Below, piece after piece: positions 38,335-47,934 of a DNA stretch of 64,000 nt (position 1 is its first letter; each line of letters begins with the position of its first letter). This DNA comes from an uncultured Verrucomicrobiae bacterium (GTDB taxonomy: Bacteria > Verrucomicrobiota > Verrucomicrobiia > Palsa-1439): NCBI GenBank assembly GCA_963836315.1, contig CAWIJG010000002.1:867001-931000 (forward strand), read 5' to 3'. Both the position numbers and the translations under genes were made by a program. The notes beneath the pieces were generated by a model that worked only from the letters and a program-made list of their open reading frames with translations, did not search any database and was not told where the DNA came from.

Positions 38335-38993
38335 GACAATTCCTCCAGGCGGATGACTTTCTCGAATTGCTCCTGCACCTTCGGGTCGTGCGTGACGACC
38401 AGCAGCGTGTGTTTGTTCTCGGCGCAGATTTTCCGCAACAACTGCAGCACCACCCCGCCGTTCTTGGCGTCGAGGCTGCCGGTCGGTTCGTCCGCCAGCA
38501 CCAACGACGGCTCGTTGACCAGCGCGCGGGCGATGGCGACACGCTGCTGTTCGCCGACTGACAAGGCGCGCGGCTTATGATGCAGGCGCTTGCCGAGGCC
38601 CACTGTTTCCAGCAGTTTCGTGGCGTGCTCGGCGCCGCTGCCGTGACTGGCGAACATCTGTCCCAGCAGCACGTTTTCCAGCGCGGTGAAGCCCTGCAAC
38701 AGGTTGAACGATTGGAACACGTACCCGATGTTGGCCGCGCGGAAGCGGTCGCGCGCGGCTTCCGGCAGCTTCGTCACGTCGGTCCCGTTGAGCAGAATCT
38801 CGCCGCTGTCGGGCAATAAGATGCCCGCGATCAGGTTCAGCAGAGTGCTTTTCCCCGAACCGCTCTCGCCGACGAGTGCGACCTGCTCACCGGCGCCGAC
38901 GGTGAAGCGTCCAATCTGGATGACATCCAGGACGGCGCCAGCGTCTTCGCGATAGCTCTTGCTGACATTGTGTAATGACAATACTTCGTTCAT
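38331..38993 (-). CDS. ABC transporter ATP-binding protein (LolD/MacB-type)
   Basis: 220 aa with Walker [10 protein letters not shown], signature LSVGEQQR and Walker B LVLADEPTG. Confidence 0.9.
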   Translation of the reverse strand: MNEVLSLHNVSKSYREDAGAVLDVIQIGRFTVGAGEQVALVGESGSGKSTLLNLIAGILLPDSGEILLNGTDVTKLPEAARDRFRAANIGYVFQSFNLLQGFTALENVLLGQMFASHGSGAEHATKLLETVGLGKRLHHKPRALSVGEQQRVAIARALVNEPSLVLADEPTGSLDAKNGGVVLQLLRKICAENKHTLLVVTHDPKVQEQFEKVIRLEELS

Positions 38994-39005
38994 CCGTTGC
39001 CCTCG

Positions 39006-39476
39006 CTATTGATGGTTGGGCGCCTTGACTGAGGCGTTATGATTTGTAACCAATTCATTGTATTTGCGAATGCTGGCGTTCAAATCGGCGGCCAGTTGTT
39101 CGATCCGGGTGTTGGCTTCCTTCATGCGCTCGTCGCGCAGCGCCACGGCATTCGCCCAGTTCGTGATCGCGGCCTTGAGTTGATCCCGCTCCCCCGTGAG
39201 TTGCGCGTTGGCGTCTTCGACTGCTCCTAGTTTTTGTTCCGCCTGCGCGCGAAGAGACCGTTCATTGGCAAGCGATATCTTAAGCTGGCTCAAATCCTCA
39301 TTCAACCCTTTCAACGTATTCGCTTGCTCGTCGATTTCAACGACCTGTCGCAGGCGCACCTGATCGAGGTGGCGAATTTCAAGATTCAAGCGCCGATCCC
39401 GCGCCCACTGAACGATACACAATGCCGCCAATGCCAAGACGCCGAACAGATTCACGTATTTCAGTCGACCGTTCAT
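39006..39476 (-). CDS. Membrane-anchored coiled-coil protein, unknown function
   Basis: 156 aa. N-terminal TM (LFGVLALAALCIVQW), then heptad-rich Ala/Glu/Leu/Gln sequence. ATGA overlap with exbD. Confidence 0.5.
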   Translation of the reverse strand: MNGRLKYVNLFGVLALAALCIVQWARDRRLNLEIRHLDQVRLRQVVEIDEQANTLKGLNEDLSQLKISLANERSLRAQAEQKLGAVEDANAQLTGERDQLKAAITNWANAVALRDERMKEANTRIEQLAADLNASIRKYNELVTNHNASVKAPNHQ

Positions 39477-39904
39477 GGTTGTGGAAGTGTCACGTCGCGG
39501 ATTTCGAAGGCGACTTTCTGGATACCGGTCGAACGCACGAGGTCCAGAACATGGATCACCGTGCCGTAGCGGACATCCTGATCGCCGCTGATGAACACGC
39601 GGACATTCTCGTTCGTGTGGTGCCAGGCGTTCAGCCGCTGCGCCAATTCGTTCGCGCCGAGCGGCTGTTTGTCGAGATAGACGGCACCGTCTTTGTCCAC
39701 GGAAATGCTCGCGAAATCGCTCTTCGTATCGAGCGTCGCCGTGGTGGCGGTCGGCAGGTTCACCTTGACGCTTTTCAAGTTGACCATGCTCAGGCTGACC
39801 AGCATGAAACTGGCGAGCAGAAAAAACATGATGTCAATCAACGGGATGATTTCAATCCGCGCATCGGATTCCGCCGAATGTTTGGGACCCAGTTTAACAG
39901 GCAT
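39473..39904 (-). CDS. exbD: Biopolymer transport protein ExbD/TolR
   Basis: 143 aa, single N-terminal TM (IIPLIDIMFFLLASFMLV), ExbD-like periplasmic domain. Confidence 0.85.
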   Translation of the reverse strand: MPVKLGPKHSAESDARIEIIPLIDIMFFLLASFMLVSLSMVNLKSVKVNLPTATTATLDTKSDFASISVDKDGAVYLDKQPLGANELAQRLNAWHHTNENVRVFISGDQDVRYGTVIHVLDLVRSTGIQKVAFEIRDVTLPQP

Positions 39905-39910
39905 GGCAAG

Positions 39911-40621
39911 TCACGGTTTGAGCGTTGCTACGGGTTCCACTTTATTCTGAAGGTTTCGGGCGCGTCGGCCGGCAAAGGCTTCCAGATCATGCCCGTGGTG
40001 TTTGGCTGATTCAACCAGCAATTCGACATGGTTGATGGTTTGTTCGAGTCGGGATCGGTACCGGGCCAGGCGGCGATTGTAGAAATTGAATGGCAACAGG
40101 CAGAGAATCGCCGTGCTCAGACCGCAGGCTGTGGCAATCAGCGCTTCAGCGATGCCGCCGCTGACTTTCACCGCCGCCAACTCCTCCTGGCCGACGAAGC
40201 TGAACGACCTCATGATGCCGGTGACCGTGCCGAGCAATCCCAGCAACGGCGCCAGAGTGATCAGCGTGCCGAGCACCCAGACATATTTCTCGCCCTTCTC
40301 GACTTCGTCGTTGGCGCGCAGTTGCATCGCGCCGAGCATGGACGTATGGGCGTGCAGCAGGCCTTCGTGAACCGTGCTCAAGAACGGATCGTCGCTGGCG
40401 TCGGTCAGGCGCACGGCGCGGTCGAAATCGCCGGTGGCGATGGCGTCAAACGCGTCGCCCAGAGTCTTCGTGTTGGCGCGACGCCGCAGGCCGGTCCACC
40501 ACAGTGCGCGCTCGACGATGACCACGAGCGCACCTAGGAATGCGAGAAGAATCGGCCACATGACCGGCCCGCCCTTGATGAAGAAGTCGACGACGACATT
40601 GGCAAGGATGATGGGTATCAT
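39911..40621 (-). CDS. exbB: MotA/TolQ/ExbB proton-channel protein
   Basis: Start at ATG 40621 ([26 protein letters not shown]). Conserved C-terminal helices ([27 protein letters not shown]). Confidence 0.85.
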   Translation of the reverse strand: MIPIILANVVVDFFIKGGPVMWPILLAFLGALVVIVERALWWTGLRRRANTKTLGDAFDAIATGDFDRAVRLTDASDDPFLSTVHEGLLHAHTSMLGAMQLRANDEVEKGEKYVWVLGTLITLAPLLGLLGTVTGIMRSFSFVGQEELAAVKVSGGIAEALIATACGLSTAILCLLPFNFYNRRLARYRSRLEQTINHVELLVESAKHHGHDLEAFAGRRARNLQNKVEPVATLKP

Positions 40622-40634
40622 AGTTTGAGTATTC

Positions 40635-41360
40635 TCATTGGGTTGTGAGTTGAAAGCGGATGGCGACATCGTAAATACGCGCGTCACCGGCCGAAAATCG
40701 CCACTTATATCGGACGGTCCGCAGGGCGGATTCGTTCAACAGCGGCCAGGGACAGGGCTGGATCGCTTCCGCCGAGATGACCTGGCCGCTTTCGGCAACC
40801 TTCAGGCGAACAACAACTACGCCTTCCTGATGTTGCTGAATTGCCTGCGGGGGATACTCCGGCGAAAGTTGTCGGCCTTCTCCCTCACCGAACGTGAGAC
40901 GTTGCACCGCTGCCACCTGGGATGGCCTGGCATACGCTGCCTGGTTGAACGGAACGACACGGGTCGGACCTTCCACAGGGACCGCGAACGCAATGGCCGC
41001 CGACGGTTGCGCCACGGGAATCGGCGGCGGAGCCATGGCGTCCGCCGGCAGCGGCACGGAAGATCGGGAGCCCGGCAGGCGTTCATTCTCACTGGGAACC
41101 GCAGGCTCCTTGCTCAATTCCACGACGAGCCTTTCGACTTTGACAGATTGAGGCGTGCTGACGGATTGGTGCGGACGCGCGTACGGCAGCATGAATCCGA
41201 GCAGACCGACTGCCAGACAAACGACCCAGGCCACCAAGGTCAACACGGGAGTGAGTGGGGCATCCTCGTCTGGCTCGAGACCGATGTGGGCAATCAGGTT
41301 CATCGGGCGCGCCGTTGCCGTCGGCCCGGCGAACCGGGTTGTTTCGTTGGCCATCGTCAT
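40635..41360 (-). CDS. tonB: Energy transducer TonB
   Basis: 241 aa: N-terminal TM, Pro-rich linker, C-terminal TonB-like domain (PEYPPQA..., [13 protein letters not shown]). Confidence 0.8.
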   Translation of the reverse strand: MTMANETTRFAGPTATARPMNLIAHIGLEPDEDAPLTPVLTLVAWVVCLAVGLLGFMLPYARPHQSVSTPQSVKVERLVVELSKEPAVPSENERLPGSRSSVPLPADAMAPPPIPVAQPSAAIAFAVPVEGPTRVVPFNQAAYARPSQVAAVQRLTFGEGEGRQLSPEYPPQAIQQHQEGVVVVRLKVAESGQVISAEAIQPCPWPLLNESALRTVRYKWRFSAGDARIYDVAIRFQLTTQ

Positions 41361-41378
41361 GCAGCCTGCAGGTTCTAG

Positions 41379-43790
41379 TTAGAATTCATAACCGACCGAG
41401 CCGAAGAAGCCGCGGCGTTCGCCATATTGCGCGGCGTTGACGCCCACGCCGCTGCCGCTGCGCAACTGATAGATGTTGTCGGTCACATTGACGACGTCCA
41501 ACCGGACTTTTACCGTTTGCTTCGGCGCGACCTTGAAACATTGTTCCACGCCGACGTTCACCGAGTAATATGCCGGCACATGCGCTCCGTTCGGTATGGG
41601 ATTGCCTGTTGGCGTCCCGTCCTCCGTTCCGTCTCCGTCCTGTCTTAATCCGCTTCCGTAGAGCGCGTCCAGGTAGACGCGCGTGCTGCCGCGGGCCTCG
41701 TTCCAAAGATATGAGATGCCCGAGGAGCCGCTCACGGTCTGGTCGTGATCCAGATAGATCCAATGGTTTCTGACGTATGCGGCGTCGGTCGGATCGAATA
41801 GGAACTGCGCCGAATTCCAGTCTTTGCCCTGCGCCCTGGAAACCGCCACGTTGAGATACGTCGACAACCCGTTGGTAATGTACGACGTGGTGAATTCCAC
41901 GCCATACACCCGGCCTTCAGCGTAGTTGAACGCCGAGAGGATGAGGGTCTGCCCGAACAAACCGTCGTCGAGCTGGTTCTTGGCGCGCTTGTAGTAGCCA
42001 TCCACGCCCATTTGCAATCCGGGCAATAATTTCTGGCTGACGCCGGCGTCGAAGTAATGGGAGCGCTCAGCTTTGACCGGATCGTCCAAGTCAGTGGCCG
42101 ACGCGTTCGAAGTGCCGTTGAATTTCGCCACCGTGCCGCCCGACACGTTTTCCACCGGTGGCGGCGTGAAGTAGCGCGCATAGCCCGCGTGCAGCGTTGT
42201 TGCGTCCGTGGGTTGGTAGATGAGGTTGACGCGCGGGCTGAGCTGGTTTTCGTCATCAAACGACGAGTTGAACACGTCGAAACGCGCGCCAAAATTGAGC
42301 GTGAGCTTGGGCACGATCTTCCATTCGTCCTGCAAATACACGCCGTAAAACGAGCCGTGGAGCACATGGTCATCCCCGATGGGAAAGGCCGGCCCGCTTG
42401 GATTCCCGCTGCCATCCAGTGGAAACACCTCTGTCGTGGAGTTGGCCCGAACCGTTTCGTCCAGAAACGACACACCGCCGCGCAGCGTGTGTTGCTCGTT
42501 GATGAGCCAACTGGCGTCGGTTTGCAGCCCGCCGGAGTACAGCGTCCGGTCCACGTCGCTGGCCACACCGTTGAAGAAAAGATCGCCCACCGGGTCCGGA
42601 GTGAAATGCACGCTGCTGTTGCGGCCAAACACGGAGGTTTGAAAATTCAAATCGCCCGCGGTCTTTTGGTAGGTGACCACGCCGTAATAGTTCTGTTCGT
42701 TTTGGTTTTCATTCAGCCCCGATGAATTAAAGGCCGACGGCCCTTGCGTGGTGTTCCACGGGTTCCCGCCGGGCGCGGTTCCGACCAGCAGTCCCGGCGT
42801 ATTGGGCACCTGAAAATCGCTGTAGGACGCGCTGCCCATGAAATTGAGCCGGCTCGTGTCGTCCAGGATGTACGACAGATACGTGAAGGTCTTGTACTGA
42901 TCCGTGGTATCGTGGACTGCCGTGGCGCTGGACGTGGGGTTTTCAATGCCCAGTTCGTTGTGTTCGTAACTGCCATCGATGAAGTAATTCAGTTTTCCCT
43001 GCGAGCCCCCGTACTCAAAACTTGGCCGCAACGTGTCATAACTGCCGCCATACATTTCCACTTCGCCGCCATTGTCAAACGCGCCGCTCTTGGTCTGGAT
43101 GTCCACAACGCCCGCCGTTCGGAAGCCGTACTGGGCCGGCAGCGAGCCCGTGATGAGTTGCAAACTGTCCACGAAGCGAGGATCGAGTTCCAACCCAAAC
43201 CCCGTGATGCCTTCCGGCAACAGCACGTCGTTGATACGATATTGCAGATTGGCGTGCTCGCCCCGAACGTGCAAATCACCATTCGCCGCCGAATCCTGCG
43301 CCACACCCGGCGCGCGCAAGATCACCTGATTGAACGGCGCGTTGTCGCCCTGTGACTCCGATTCGAGTTGTACTTTGCTCACGGAATACGCCGTGGCCCC
43401 CAAATCCGGCATGATCTGACTGCGAGCCTGATCCAGTTTACCGTAGACCGTCACTTCCGGCAACCTGGTTACATTGGTGGTGTTCTCGGAACTCGCGGGC
43501 ACAGATACGACCGTGGTGCTGTTGGTTGGAACCGCCGGGGCGACAGGCGCGGCGGGCGGATTGTTGGTTTCGACCGTCGGCGGAGGAAGCGCCGCCGGTG
43601 GAGCTGTTGGTTTGGGCCGCCTCCGTCGAAACGGAGGCGGGTGGATTGTCGGTCTGGGCGTGAACGGCGCGGCTGTACAACAACGAAGTGAGACGACAAC
43701 AGCGAAACAAGCGCGGGCGTAACCGGGACGCCCCAATTCGTGGAGCCAAACGGCATCTTGCTTGAAGTTCGATTTCATTTCCAATTCCAT
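41379..43790 (-). CDS. TonB-dependent outer-membrane receptor with a Pro-rich N-terminal extension
   Basis: 803 aa. The C-terminus ends in an aromatic residue (...GFFGSVGYEF), typical of a beta-barrel. AGGAG Shine-Dalgarno-like sequence ~10 nt upstream of ATG 43790. Confidence 0.8.
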   Translation of the reverse strand: MELEMKSNFKQDAVWLHELGRPGYARACFAVVVSLRCCTAAPFTPRPTIHPPPFRRRRPKPTAPPAALPPPTVETNNPPAAPVAPAVPTNSTTVVSVPASSENTTNVTRLPEVTVYGKLDQARSQIMPDLGATAYSVSKVQLESESQGDNAPFNQVILRAPGVAQDSAANGDLHVRGEHANLQYRINDVLLPEGITGFGLELDPRFVDSLQLITGSLPAQYGFRTAGVVDIQTKSGAFDNGGEVEMYGGSYDTLRPSFEYGGSQGKLNYFIDGSYEHNELGIENPTSSATAVHDTTDQYKTFTYLSYILDDTSRLNFMGSASYSDFQVPNTPGLLVGTAPGGNPWNTTQGPSAFNSSGLNENQNEQNYYGVVTYQKTAGDLNFQTSVFGRNSSVHFTPDPVGDLFFNGVASDVDRTLYSGGLQTDASWLINEQHTLRGGVSFLDETVRANSTTEVFPLDGSGNPSGPAFPIGDDHVLHGSFYGVYLQDEWKIVPKLTLNFGARFDVFNSSFDDENQLSPRVNLIYQPTDATTLHAGYARYFTPPPVENVSGGTVAKFNGTSNASATDLDDPVKAERSHYFDAGVSQKLLPGLQMGVDGYYKRAKNQLDDGLFGQTLILSAFNYAEGRVYGVEFTTSYITNGLSTYLNVAVSRAQGKDWNSAQFLFDPTDAAYVRNHWIYLDHDQTVSGSSGISYLWNEARGSTRVYLDALYGSGLRQDGDGTEDGTPTGNPIPNGAHVPAYYSVNVGVEQCFKVAPKQTVKVRLDVVNVTDNIYQLRSGSGVGVNAAQYGERRGFFGSVGYEF

Positions 43791-44000
43791 AAATTCTCCG
43801 CTCCTGGTTTAACAGGCTTGTGCACCTGGAATGGAGGCAGGAGAACCCTTCCCATTCAGATCGGTGATGCTCGCACCTACGGTGCTGATCTTTCAAAAGC
43901 GCCGGGTCGCCCGGGGGTATTTGGGCACAATTCGTCTGGCGATCCAGATGAGTGAGCGCGCAAACCCGCTTCCCGAGCGGGTGCGACTTGGATACCTGCG

Positions 44001-44282
44001 TTATGCCGAGGCTGGCGGAGGAGCGCGACTGGGGGAGAAAGAAAATGACGGCGCGGAATACGAGATGAAATCGAAGGTCTCGAGCGGCGTTTCCAGAAGA
44101 CGATGAACAAGGACGGGAAGGACATTGGGAACATCGGTGATGGCGTTGAGCTGCCACGCGCACGCCGCGCAATCGTTGTGGTGGTCACAATTGCCCTCGT
44201 CATGGTGATGATGCACCACGCCGAAGAAGAGCGTCACGCTCAGGTAGATACCGCAAACTATCGATGTCAGCCAATAATTCAT
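44001..44282 (-). CDS. Small membrane-anchored His/Cys-rich protein (candidate metal-binding), upstream of the TonB-dependent receptor
   Basis: 93 aa from ATG 44282: one TM (YWLTSIVCGIYLSVTLFFGVV), then HHHHDEGNCDHHNDCAACAW. Could be a chance ORF in high-GC DNA. Confidence 0.35.
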   Translation of the reverse strand: MNYWLTSIVCGIYLSVTLFFGVVHHHHDEGNCDHHNDCAACAWQLNAITDVPNVLPVLVHRLLETPLETFDFISYSAPSFSFSPSRAPPPASA

Positions 44283-44352
44283 CAGGCCGGCGGGAATCTG
44301 GACTTGCGCCGGAAAAATGTCAAGCGGCAAACAACATACGCTCCGGGCGACG

Positions 44353-45618
44353 TCACGGGAACAGGCCGCGGGCTTGTTTAGCCTGGGCGATCTTGGTGAT
44401 GCCGAGGGCGAGCGCGGCGTCGCGCATGTAGAGTTTCTTCTTTTTGGCCATTTGCGTCACCTGCTGGTAGGCCAATTCGAGTTGGCGATACAGTTTGTCG
44501 TTCACTTCCGCCTCGCCCCAGAAGAAGCTCTGCAAGTCCTGCACCCACTCGAAATAGCTGACGATCACGCCGCCGGCGTTGCAGAGCACGTCGGGAAGGA
44601 CGAGAATATCGTCCCGCTGCCGCAGCACGGTGTCGGCTTCGATGGTGGTGGGGCCGTTCGCGGCTTCGGCGAGCACGCGGCAACGGATCTTGCCGACGTT
44701 TTCCCCGGTGATCTGGCGTTCGAGCGCGGCGGGAACGAGGACTTCGCACTCGAGCTGCAGCAGTTCCTCGTTGGTGACGCGGTCGCCGTCTTCGGTGAAT
44801 CCCTCGAGGCTGCCGTGTTTGGCGGTGTAGTCGATGAGTTTATTCACATCGAGACCCCGTGGGTTGAAAAAACCGCCGGTCTGGTCGCTGATGCCGACGA
44901 TCTTCGCGCCAAATCGGTGGAGCTGCTGCGCCGCGACGGAGCCGACGTTGCCGAACCCCTGGACAACGACGCGCAAGCCCTCGGATTTCAGGTCCAGGTT
45001 ATCCAGCGCGCGGTTGACGAGATAGGCGACGCCGCGGCCGGTGGCTTCCTTGCGGCCGGCGGAGCCGCCGAGCGACAGCGGTTTGCCGGTGACGATTTGC
45101 GGGACGGGATTGCCCTCGTGCATCGAATAGGTGTCCATCATCCACGCCATGACCTGCTCGTTGGTGCCGAGATCGGGCGCCATCACATCGACGTGGGGCC
45201 CGATGAACGGGATCATTTCCTGCGTAAAGCGGCGGGTCATGCGTTCGAGTTCGCCGCGGCTCATCCGGCGCGGGTCGCAGGTGACGCCGCCCTTCGCGCC
45301 GCCATAGGGCAGGCCGCACAGCGAACACTTCCAACTCATCCACATTGCCAGCGCCGCCACTTCGCCGAGGGTGACGTCGGGATGATAACGAAGTCCGCCT
45401 TTGGTTGGGCCGACCGAGAGGTGATGCTGGACGCGGTAGCCGGTGAACATCTCGGTGTGCCCGTCATCCATACGGGTGGGGATTGAGACGATGATGGCGC
45501 GCTTGGGCATCTTCGTACGAACGCGTTCGCTCTGCCCGAGGTCGAGGATATCGGCGACGCGGTCGTACTGCTGGCAGGCCATGACATACGCCGGGGACTG
45601 CATCAACTCATCAAGCAT
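44353..45618 (-). CDS. gdhA: NAD(P)-specific glutamate dehydrogenase
   Basis: Motifs GPTKGGLRYHPDV, catalytic GGAKGG, Rossmann GFGNVGS. Start at ATG 45618 (MLDELMQSPAY). Confidence 0.9.
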   Translation of the reverse strand: MLDELMQSPAYVMACQQYDRVADILDLGQSERVRTKMPKRAIIVSIPTRMDDGHTEMFTGYRVQHHLSVGPTKGGLRYHPDVTLGEVAALAMWMSWKCSLCGLPYGGAKGGVTCDPRRMSRGELERMTRRFTQEMIPFIGPHVDVMAPDLGTNEQVMAWMMDTYSMHEGNPVPQIVTGKPLSLGGSAGRKEATGRGVAYLVNRALDNLDLKSEGLRVVVQGFGNVGSVAAQQLHRFGAKIVGISDQTGGFFNPRGLDVNKLIDYTAKHGSLEGFTEDGDRVTNEELLQLECEVLVPAALERQITGENVGKIRCRVLAEAANGPTTIEADTVLRQRDDILVLPDVLCNAGGVIVSYFEWVQDLQSFFWGEAEVNDKLYRQLELAYQQVTQMAKKKKLYMRDAALALGITKIAQAKQARGLFP

Positions 45619-46510
45619 GATCCTCTCCTTCGCTGGATTTCGGCACGACCACACGCAACGCGCGGGGCACGACCGAAAACGTCACCGGCGCGTCGCCTGC
45701 GTCTTCGCCGTCCAACTCGAACGGCGTCGCGCGGGGCGCGGTGCAGACCAGACGGTCCGCCTGGAAGTACTTCACGTCACCCAGATCGATATGCGCGCCG
45801 CGCAAGATGCCCTGCCCGTAGCGCAGGACGTCAAGGTAGCCGCATTTTTCAAACACGCACACATCCAGCAGCCCGTCGTCCATCCGCGCCTTCGGGAAGA
45901 GCGCGAACCGTCCGCCGTAGAAGCGCCCGTTGCCGACGAGGACCGCGACGCCGCCGACCGAGCCGCTGCCGTTCGCGGAAACTTCGACGCGAGGATGCGG
46001 CCCGGACAGGGTCTTCAACCCCGCCCAGACGTAGCTGAGCGGCCCGATTTTCTTCTTCAACTCCCAACTGGCGGCGCGCACTGCCCGCGCGTCGAACCCG
46101 ACGCCGGCCAATTGCATGAAGTAGCGGGCGACGCCATTGGATTCGGCGCGGGCCAGATCGATCGTGCGCGTGCGTCCGGTTTCGATGACGGCCCACGCGG
46201 CCTCGACGCGGCGGGGGATGCCGAGTTCCTGGGCGAAGACATTGACCGTGCCGAGCGGCAGGACGCCGAGGGCCACGCCGGACGTGCCGATGCCGTTGAT
46301 GACTTCGTTGATGGTGCCGTCGCCACCGGCGGCGACGATGACCCGGCAGCCCTCGGACACGGCGCGGGCGGCCAATTGCCTGGCTTCACCGGCTTGTTGC
46401 GTCGGCGCGAACGTGACGGACGAGCCGGCCTTAAACTCCAGAAAGCGGCGGATCCGCTGGGATTTCTCGCCGCGCGCAGCGGGATTGAAGATGACGAAGA
46501 GCTTGTCCAT
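45611..46510 (-). CDS. Diacylglycerol-kinase-family lipid kinase (YegS/BmrU-like)
   Basis: 299 aa with MDKLFVIFNPAARGEK and AAGGDGTINEV, typical of the DAGK catalytic domain. Confidence 0.8.
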   Translation of the reverse strand: MDKLFVIFNPAARGEKSQRIRRFLEFKAGSSVTFAPTQQAGEARQLAARAVSEGCRVIVAAGGDGTINEVINGIGTSGVALGVLPLGTVNVFAQELGIPRRVEAAWAVIETGRTRTIDLARAESNGVARYFMQLAGVGFDARAVRAASWELKKKIGPLSYVWAGLKTLSGPHPRVEVSANGSGSVGGVAVLVGNGRFYGGRFALFPKARMDDGLLDVCVFEKCGYLDVLRYGQGILRGAHIDLGDVKYFQADRLVCTAPRATPFELDGEDAGDAPVTFSVVPRALRVVVPKSSEGEDHA

Positions 46511-46579
46511 TGTTGAAGCGCGCGTCTATTGTAGGGGAGAATCTGAAGCAAGCCAAATACGAACTCGTGGAGGCATGAA

Positions 46580-47932
46580 GTGAAGGCGGTCAAAGTCATC
46601 CTGATCATCGTTGCCGTGCTGGTCGCGCTGGTGATTCTTGTGGTCGGCGCGGGAATCTTTGTTACGGATCGCTATCTGCAGTCGGCGGCGTTCAAGGAAA
46701 CGGTGCTGAAGACCGCGCACGACGAACTGGGCGCGGACGTGCGCATCGAAGAACTGCATGCGTCGTTGTTCAGCGGCGTGGAACTGCGCGGCGTAGTTGT
46801 CGGGAACCCGGCTGGATTTACCGGCGACATGGTCACGGCTGAGGCCTTTGTGTTGCGGTATCGATTGTGGCCGTTGTTACGCCGGCGGGTGGAGATTGAA
46901 CAGCTTTCGCTGGACAAGCCCGTCATCACGCTGGCCCAAAACGATGCGGGCGATTGGAACTATGAGAAGTTCGGCGCGAAGGAAGGCAAGGCCAAGCCGG
47001 CAGCCGCGACCCCGCCGCCGGCCGCAACCACGAAGTCCGCCGCACCGACTTCGGTGGACGTTGTTCTCTCCAAGCTCGCGATCGCGCGGGGGAGCGTGTC
47101 GATGGTGAGCGGGAAAGACAAGCCGCTCGTGAAGTTGGATGGCATCAATTTCTCCAGTTCGGTGAGTCTCCTCGACAACAAACTTGCCGGGACGGGCAAG
47201 GCGGGGATCGACAAGATCAATCTGGGTGACGCGCTGTTCGTGGAGAAAGTGGCCACGCCCGTGACATTCGATGCGGACAAGGTGGCGCTGACGGCGTTGA
47301 GCGGCAAACTGGCGAAGGGCACGCTGGCGGGGGACGTCGCGTTAAGAATCAGCGGCGGGTTTCAATACGTTGTGAACTTGCAGGTGAATGACAGCGACGT
47401 GGGGGCGTTTTTCCAAGAGGCGGGCAAGAAGCCGGTGTTGAGCGGCACCCTGAAGGCGAACGTGGCGGTGGCGGGCACGGGCGGGTTGCCGACGATCATC
47501 GGCAACGGGCGGGCGGAGATTGATAACGGCCAGTTGATGGAGATCCCGTTGCTGAACGTGCTGGCAACCGCGCTGCAGATCGACATGCTGCGCGATTTGA
47601 AATTCAGCGAGTGCGTGGTGGAGTTTTCGATCAGCAACAACGTGGTGCAGACGCCGGTCATCCGGCTCACATCGCCGCAAATCCAAATCACCGGGAAGGG
47701 TTCGGTGTCGCTCGATGACCATTCCCTGAGACAGGACATGACGCTCACGTTTGCCAAGGGAGCGCTGGATCGCACGCTGCCCGAAATCCGCGGTCTGTTC
47801 GCCGAACAGCCGGACGGTTCGCTGGCGCTGGATTTCAAGGTGACAGGCCCGTATGACAAACCGAAGACCGATTTGGGCAAGCGTGTCCTGACGGGCGTTG
47901 GGGAACAGTTGCTGCAAAAATTCTGGAAGTAA
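46580..47932 (+). CDS. AsmA-family outer-membrane biogenesis protein
   Basis: 450 aa, N-terminal TM anchor, AsmA-like repetitive beta-rich body. GTG start at 46580 with GGAGG 7 nt upstream. Confidence 0.65.
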   Translation: MKAVKVILIIVAVLVALVILVVGAGIFVTDRYLQSAAFKETVLKTAHDELGADVRIEELHASLFSGVELRGVVVGNPAGFTGDMVTAEAFVLRYRLWPLLRRRVEIEQLSLDKPVITLAQNDAGDWNYEKFGAKEGKAKPAAATPPPAATTKSAAPTSVDVVLSKLAIARGSVSMVSGKDKPLVKLDGINFSSSVSLLDNKLAGTGKAGIDKINLGDALFVEKVATPVTFDADKVALTALSGKLAKGTLAGDVALRISGGFQYVVNLQVNDSDVGAFFQEAGKKPVLSGTLKANVAVAGTGGLPTIIGNGRAEIDNGQLMEIPLLNVLATALQIDMLRDLKFSECVVEFSISNNVVQTPVIRLTSPQIQITGKGSVSLDDHSLRQDMTLTFAKGALDRTLPEIRGLFAEQPDGSLALDFKVTGPYDKPKTDLGKRVLTGVGEQLLQKFWK

Positions 47933-47934
47933 CC

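Noticed and set aside
43893-43915. Intrinsic terminator between the His/Cys-rich ORF and the TonB-dependent receptor
   Set aside because: Only a 5-bp GC stem followed by four T residues on the minus strand; too weak to call a feature. Mentioned in findings as context only.
44317-46516. Two long plus-strand ORFs (389 aa and 357 aa) antisense to gdhA and the lipid kinase
   Set aside because: Both overlap well-supported minus-strand genes and have low-complexity Arg/Gly/Asp-rich translations.
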